This document shows positions 58,701 through 64,000 of a stretch of DNA of 64,000 bases, piece after piece. Every line of letters starts with the position of its first letter. Within the stretch, counting starts at the first letter, position 1. The notes under the pieces are model-generated. The model had not been told where the DNA came from and did not search any database. It saw nothing but the letters and a program-made list of their open reading frames with translations. The position numbers and the translations under genes are program-made. Origin of the DNA: Mayamaea pseudoterrestris (Eukaryota); contig BROI01000002.1 in assembly GCA_027923505.1 (NCBI GenBank), forward strand, positions 62,001 to 126,000, in the 5' to 3' direction.

Positions 58701-61687
58701 CAGAAGGCGCTGTCCGAAATGCATTACAACGAGATGGACGTGAAGTTTCTATTCTTGATATGGACCCGACCAAATCTTATGCTTCTCAGACATGCAATAT
58801 AGTAGATGCCCAGGCTGAGCTAACTTTGAAGGACGACCCAGCATACGCAAAATACTTCGACATGTTGAGCAAAGGGCTTCCGAAAGGTGCTGTCCAAAAT
58901 GCTCTCCAGAGAGATGGACTTGACATAACCATTCTTGATATGGACCCAACCAAATCCTACGCGTCGCAGTCGAATCTCAACAAAGGAGCAGTTGTGAGCG
59001 GACCGCCGCTGAAGGATGACCCGACGTACGCCAAGTACTTCCGCATGTTAGATAAGGGTCTTCCACGCGGAGCCGTGCAAAACGCGGTTAAGCGCGATGG
59101 CCACGATTGTTCTGTCTTGGATCTTGACCCAAATAAGCCGCTCAATTCTCAACAAAAGTCTAGTTCGACTGACAAAAAGGCAAACGATATTGCGCTGAAA
59201 AACGACCCAGAATGGAAGAAATATTACAGCATGCTGGCCATGGGTCTTCCGCTCGGAGCGGTTAAAAATGCTGTTACCAGAGATGGGAAAGATCCTGCTG
59301 TTTTGGATTTGGACCCTCAACTATCGTTAGAAATGCAAATGCCTACCGGTAGACGCACCTCAAGCTCACAAAAGGCGAAAAAATTGGTGCGCCGCAAGAA
59401 AATCTTTTGGAAACCGATTGATCCGAGACACATCAAAGATGACTCTTTGTGGTCACTAGTGAAGGATATGGACAGCTTGAAAATGTCGAGTTTGAAATAC
59501 GACGAGAAAGAGTTTGCTGATTTGTTCACGCAATCGACAGAGCCTGGCGCGCAAGCGCAGCGAAAGGCTCCTTCTACTCCGACTAAAATGAAAAAAGCCG
59601 TCCAAGTTATCGACGGGAAGCGGTCTATGAACGGCGGTATAGTACTCCTTCGACTGAAAATGGACTGCAACAAGATAGCCCAGCTAGTGGACTCCATGGA
59701 GCATGGTGGACTTGATCCTACCCAGCTTACCGCATTAAAAGAATTCCTGCCGACGGAAGACGAGAGGAACGCGCTGAGATCGTACATGAATAGTAACGGC
59801 GATTCAGAGACTGAGCAGAAAGCGGCGATTACTATTTTAAGCGAATGTGAGAAATACATGCTCACGATGCTGGATATATCCGACGCGTCGGCCAAGATTG
59901 ACTGTATTCTCTTTCGCGTTCAATTCAAGCAGCGGCTCGACGAATTTGTTCGTGCTATTCAAGTACTTGACAAAGCATGCAAAGAGGTTGTTTCCAGCGC
60001 CAGGCTGCGAAAGTTACTGGCGATGATTCTTACGTTAGTAAATCAGATCAATACTGGTGGAGACGGAGGCGACGAAATCGGGTTCAGCCTGGAGGCCCTG
60101 CTAAAACTTAACGAGGCAAAGGCATTTGATCGAAAGACAACTGTTTTGCAATACCTTTACCGGCTGGTTAAGGACAACGACTCTGAATTGTGCAACTTTG
60201 GCGACGATCTTCCGCATACAAAGGATGCATGCGACGTGGTGTTTGAGAATATTCTTTCTGAAATGCAGCAACTTGAGGCGGAGCTCATGCATGTTAAGAA
60301 AACGGCAAAGGAACAAGCAGACGCAATGGAAGCAAGAGGAGAAACCCAAAAGGTCACATTGGCTGAGCTTCGAGAGCAAAGGAGTACTATTCATTCTGTT
60401 GAACAGGTGCCACAGTACAACCAGGCTGAATTGATTGGCGGTAGAACGTCAATGGAACGATTTGTGAGGCATGCGGAGTCAATATTGAAAGAGTCGGTCG
60501 CTTATTATTCCGAGGTCCAAGAGAATTATCAAAAGTTGCTGGATTACATATGCGAAGACGAGAAAATGCGCGCCAATGAGTTTTTTGTCACAATGAGGCG
60601 ATTTATCCTTGCCTTTTACAAAGCTGGAGAGGTTGTCGAGAATGAAGAGCGGCTTCGAGTACGGGAACAAAAGCGGACAAACCCAACTATCACCACCACA
60701 CCAAGTGTAACCTCAGTAGCTGGCGACATTCGCTCTGACAAGGGTCTTTTAGCAGCCATTGCTACTTCTGCAACGAAGAAGAGTTCAGCAATTGTCACAA
60801 CACCGGCAGCAGAGTGTAGCACTGGTCAGATAGCGGCGACACACAATCGATCAGGTACAAGCCAGAAGTCAAAATCACTCAGCAATGACCATGCGGTCGC
60901 TCCGTCTGCTTTTGCAGCTATTGCAGCTTCGGCATCAACGAAGAGAGAAACGACATGTGACAATCCTTTGGCCGAAGAAGCTTCGACTCACGCAATTACC
61001 ATTGCAGTACACAATGGCCTCACTCCAAGCATTGTGACGACGGCATCAAACGTTGACAAATCATACGACGTCATCAATAATAGCAGCAGCACTGATCAAA
61101 TGAAAGACGCCAGTGAGCTTGGGAATGACGACGAGCATGGAGAATTCAGGGCCGTTGCGTCACCCAGTTCAGTGCAAGTCGCAACAAGTGCGGATGGAGG
61201 GTTTAAGTTAGTTGACGGCGAACGCAGTGCGCTCGCAAACGCAATTGATGATACAGCGCAATTGGAGCAAGCCACACTTATCGGTTCGCTTCCTTGCTCT
61301 GACAATAGTATGGAACCAGACAGCGACGATGTGGGTCGGGCAATGAATGAGGCGGACAGATTGGAGGCTCGACCTGATGGTACTGAGGACGCAAAGTCTT
61401 GGGAAAGACAAGGCAGCAGGCTGCAACGCTTGAATACTAATGACAATTCGTCCGTTTCTGCCTCTGTCGATGTGATAGGCCAACCGCATGACGATCATTT
61501 CAGTGCGACCGCCAGATCATCCTTGAGGTCCGCGTCGGATAATGATGAAGACAACGAACCGGTCGATGCAGATTTCTTTGACGCAGCATCTACACATAAG
61601 GACAAAACGTCGATGCATTTAAATGAAGCAGCATGGCAAGAGTCCTTTTCATCGTCAAGTGATGAATTCCATGAAGCCACGTCATGA
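55790..61687 (+). CDS. Formin: PTEN-like and C2 domains, seven DDPxYxKY repeats, FH2 domain
   Basis: LDIHYVTDNL, VVCCPNGRTHT; FH2 motifs IFWKPI, IDGKRSMNGGI, GFSLEALLKL, KTTVLQY. Confidence 0.9.
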   Translation: MSSLSLLDRFNKNFLSREIPFWNVNAVDGAAANARSKRRHHVPANLDIHYVTDNLLAASAPHSPLETRTFLDTGRDEAKKTNAKTECHKSDDDCDDESLCVEQLQHEPEEHAKTTTLYNHERRNGNSAAAFASFLDANYANKYMIFMLGPAPPDDLTLLLLRRQIVQLDSHQQQQANKNKSPAIYRQQKLLDACYALHAWLSADASHVAVVCCPNGRTHTAIVLAAYLKYMDQVETMHDGFCHVVQCILKLPSDTQHDERNDSSATNSIHGILQQLPASLHQAFRNMDKLIEYGECIQSRPLLLRAIALQGVPVECAPLLQLYDASGTNDNAHQQGHLVYSSSQNSEKVQWVDDEGFYLVNCVVQGEFRLECRFGDAFNHNDEVDDDYNDAEEESNDISKILFLFMHSTGFLGAGTYELTLDEIDVPPRYRPYFDEDDFILTLVFESDWSCTRNDANDEESKLMSLIQQDCPESILPYVLYDMEAVQQGWWIIHTLHSARPADEDIDRFLADLRTTPNAPAWALSGQAQRHLVALALQLYNFHWSRTREALLIGDFCKWWNLHGSDEGLSTTGDDHDITNADIMVDRDSQIKESPISLPYGSSVMNPRPGDILHSLESVEIRDLLLNSNTGNGKFQPAFRYISKKNQASVLSPSLMDDPRNQDAVACFLQLDHLEVDLQDLINLKEASRFWNTGTLPQQPAVDTSDMADSRGSLQGQATDEMSSSVNHPSLIENYSKGVTEPEEDENGNVDAIPSEPSLADDPKFAKYFRMLKTGLPPTVVRHALQRDGLDPSILDFDPTRSYVSQVNDMTSTEDLKTTLVQTDEPETLPLKDDPTYSKYFRMLDKGIPEGAVRNALRRDGYEESILALDRTKTYASQKQVAIKESKQEEQALKDDPTYAKYFDMLSKGLPEGAVRNALLRAGHDPSILDLNPTKSYASQTSNKVDSQGELALKDDPAYAKYFDMLSKGLPEGAVRNALQRDGREVSILDMDPTKSYASQTCNIVDAQAELTLKDDPAYAKYFDMLSKGLPKGAVQNALQRDGLDITILDMDPTKSYASQSNLNKGAVVSGPPLKDDPTYAKYFRMLDKGLPRGAVQNAVKRDGHDCSVLDLDPNKPLNSQQKSSSTDKKANDIALKNDPEWKKYYSMLAMGLPLGAVKNAVTRDGKDPAVLDLDPQLSLEMQMPTGRRTSSSQKAKKLVRRKKIFWKPIDPRHIKDDSLWSLVKDMDSLKMSSLKYDEKEFADLFTQSTEPGAQAQRKAPSTPTKMKKAVQVIDGKRSMNGGIVLLRLKMDCNKIAQLVDSMEHGGLDPTQLTALKEFLPTEDERNALRSYMNSNGDSETEQKAAITILSECEKYMLTMLDISDASAKIDCILFRVQFKQRLDEFVRAIQVLDKACKEVVSSARLRKLLAMILTLVNQINTGGDGGDEIGFSLEALLKLNEAKAFDRKTTVLQYLYRLVKDNDSELCNFGDDLPHTKDACDVVFENILSEMQQLEAELMHVKKTAKEQADAMEARGETQKVTLAELREQRSTIHSVEQVPQYNQAELIGGRTSMERFVRHAESILKESVAYYSEVQENYQKLLDYICEDEKMRANEFFVTMRRFILAFYKAGEVVENEERLRVREQKRTNPTITTTPSVTSVAGDIRSDKGLLAAIATSATKKSSAIVTTPAAECSTGQIAATHNRSGTSQKSKSLSNDHAVAPSAFAAIAASASTKRETTCDNPLAEEASTHAITIAVHNGLTPSIVTTASNVDKSYDVINNSSSTDQMKDASELGNDDEHGEFRAVASPSSVQVATSADGGFKLVDGERSALANAIDDTAQLEQATLIGSLPCSDNSMEPDSDDVGRAMNEADRLEARPDGTEDAKSWERQGSRLQRLNTNDNSSVSASVDVIGQPHDDHFSATARSSLRSASDNDEDNEPVDADFFDAASTHKDKTSMHLNEAAWQESFSSSSDEFHEATS
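58060..59330 (+). repeat. Seven ~45-60 aa coding repeats LKDDPxYAKYFxMLxKGLPxGAVxNALxRDGxDxSILDxDP
   Basis: Counted in the translation. Confidence 0.92.
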
Positions 61688-61824
61688 GAAATTACGTGTC
61701 GACTTGCGACTCATTCATGTTTGTAATACAACAAGATGTGTTCATGGAAATTCGGACGCGCTTCTCTCCTTTACTGATAACTTCCATAACTACTTCTTTA
61801 TCTATGTTACTCATACAGTAATAG

Positions 61825-63115
61825 CTAGCTTGTCGCATCGAGTGCAAGTCGTAGCGTAATGTCCGACCAACCATACCCACGTGCCGTATCCAAAAGTTCC
61901 TGGCGTTTTCGTAATCGATCAATCACTGGAACCACCGTTGTCGTCAATGATGTATCCAATTCCATAGCCCTTTCAAAGTATTGTTCACTTTCTTGTAGCT
62001 TCCACAGCTCGCTCAAGAGTTCGCCCGCCTTGAGCCAGGCATTCGCATAGGTTGGCAACAGTTCCGTCGCACGCAACGCATCCTGCGCGGCCGCCAGTAG
62101 CGCGTACTGATACAATCCATGTCGGTATTGCGTCCTTCGATACTGACTTTCCTGCTGCACATTATTTTCCAGTATTCGTCGAAACAATGAACTTGCAATC
62201 GCTGGTTGCGCCTTCGCCTCCTGAAAGCCGGCTTCATACGTGGACGAATCTGGCACCATTTTTACCAGTTCCTTCAACGTTTCCTTTAACTTTTCCTTGT
62301 GTCCCGCCGCCCGCTGCGAAAAGGCCAAGGCTCTCATGAGACAAACTGGCCCTTCCTGCGATGCCACCCCGCAGGCAAACGCCTTGTCGTACGCTTGAAT
62401 CGCCAAACCAATCTTGCCTTCCTGCAAGTAGCCATTGCCGCGATACTTCCACTTGAGGCACTCGCAGACCGTGGCGTTGACGCCCTGGTTGTGGAAGCAG
62501 CAAGTTGGGGTGTGTGAGTGTGTGCGCATACATCTCGTCGCCGCCATACATCACTCGTTGTTCACAAACTGTATTTCGTACCTTGACTTTCATATGTTTC
62601 GTCAGAATCCGATACACCTTGTCGACCGAGTCCACGTAGCCAACGTCAAACGCTTGCTGCTGATTGACGCATCGAACCGTTGGACCACGACTCTTGGCCG
62701 ACTTGGGGAGCAGGGCTGGAAAGACTTGCACCTTGGAAGCTGCTGCGAGACCCAAAAAGGCATCCAGTGCGGCGGATCCTCCCTTGTCGAGTGACAGTTT
62801 GGATTGATCGACGTACACTTGCCAAGTCTGTATGTGTTTATATCAGTAATAGATTATATATTTTTGTGAGATGACGTCGATTCGATATGACAGAGACGCT
62901 CAATTGTAGATATTAAATTTGCCAAAAACACTACACAATCTCACCCCAGCTGCTGCATCTCCACTTTTTGCGTTCCGCGCCGTCACTTTTGCATTTGGAA
63001 CGTGAGTGACAAAGGATGCGCAGGCATGAACTAGTAGAAAGATAACGCAGAAACAATGACGTTGGCATGAATGTACGTGACTTCGTGTCAAGCATGATGA
63101 TGGATGCATCATCAT
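61825..63115 (-). CDS. TPR-containing protein, multi-exon, possibly plastid-targeted (start uncertain; one intron 62485-62581)
   Basis: KYRGNGYLQEG...AIQAYDKA, AWLKAGELL...YFERAMELD; leader ending CASF. Confidence 0.7.
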
Positions 63116-63460
63116 CGCTCGTCGATGGCTCATCAGCTGCTTTCGCAACATATAATAATACAGAAACAATCAAATACAGCTATATGCAGTATGTAATGAT
63201 GAGTTTAGTGTTGTTGCAATGCTGCTGGTGCATGTTTGTTGTTGCGGAAGGTGTGACACATCTTGGATCTTCCACCCTTGCGACCGAAAAGGATCAGTCA
63301 ATCGTACCGGTACTCGCCAAGTACCGGTGAGTCTTTTAAACGATGCGACATCAGACAACTTTGATTGATGATGGCAAGCAACGACCATGAAGATTCAGCC
63401 GCTCGCTCAAACAACTATAGCGATTATAATAGACGACTTGAGACTTTAATTAGTGGTAAC

Positions 63461-64000
63461 ATGCGCCACACGAACGTAAATGCCAATGCAGTAGCTTTTA
63501 TGTGTTTATTTATTGGTCAATGCTTCTCCTTTTCATGTCACCACACCATATTTCCATCATTTCGCTCACGAGCATTATCAACGAGATGGAGGAAAGAATC
63601 CAAGCTGAATGCACTCCAAAATGATGTAATAGTCGAACCTCACGCTTCCCGACGACACGTCCTGTCACTTGCTGCGACTGCAATCGTCTCTTCGTCCATT
63701 TTACTGCAGTCTTCCCCCTTGATTGCAGCAGCAGCTGCCGAAACAGCGAGCACTAGCTCCTCATCAACGTCACTCAACGCTCTCTTTACGGAAAAGATTT
63801 TTCTTAACATTCAAGGATTACCATCGCAAGACAATGCCATTACAGACAATCGCATCGTCATTGGTCTCTTTGGCAATGACGCGCCTCACTGCGTCAAACA
63901 GCTCCAGCAACTATTCACACCATTAGGCTTGCCACGTCCCTGTCGACCGCGCGCCACTCGAACGCTGCAAAAGGAGCAGCTGGAAGCCAACAAGGTTTAC
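63461..64000 (+). CDS. Cyclophilin-like protein, probably thylakoid lumen; runs off the window (not in ORF track)
   Basis: Hand translation: signal-like N-terminus, SRRHVLSLAATA twin-Arg leader, RIVIGLFGNDAP. Confidence 0.7.
   Translation, partial: MRHTNVNANAVAFMCLFIGQCFSFSCHHTIFPSFRSRALSTRWRKESKLNALQNDVIVEPHASRRHVLSLAATAIVSSSILLQSSPLIAAAAAETASTSSSSTSLNALFTEKIFLNIQGLPSQDNAITDNRIVIGLFGNDAPHCVKQLQQLFTPLGLPRPCRPRATRTLQKEQLEANKVY

Overview
Gene-dense eukaryotic nuclear DNA, most likely from a diatom. Evidence: short GT-AG introns, bipartite plastid-targeting presequences, a CoDi-type copia relic and diatom-style Pro/Ser-repeat secreted proteins. About 30 protein genes are present, including a BTB protein, two Pmp3 paralogues, a class I HDAC, PHF5A, HRD1, OS-9/XTP3B, plastid lipoyl synthase, an aldo-keto reductase, HSP20, a TLC protein, a PiT phosphate transporter, CPSF2, a TopoVIB-like GHKL protein, a PTEN-C2 formin, a TPR protein and a lumenal cyclophilin. 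A CpG-poor repeat island at about 35.2-42.4 kb holds a decayed Ty1/copia element. It is flanked by two near-identical ~0.7 kb direct repeats, each starting with a tRNA-Trp(CCA) gene. One tRNA has a 23-nt canonical intron; the other precisely lacks it and has a broken T-stem. The island also contains TIR-like motifs and a decayed PSxxPS-repeat sequence. All calls come from reading the sequence by eye; no searches were run.
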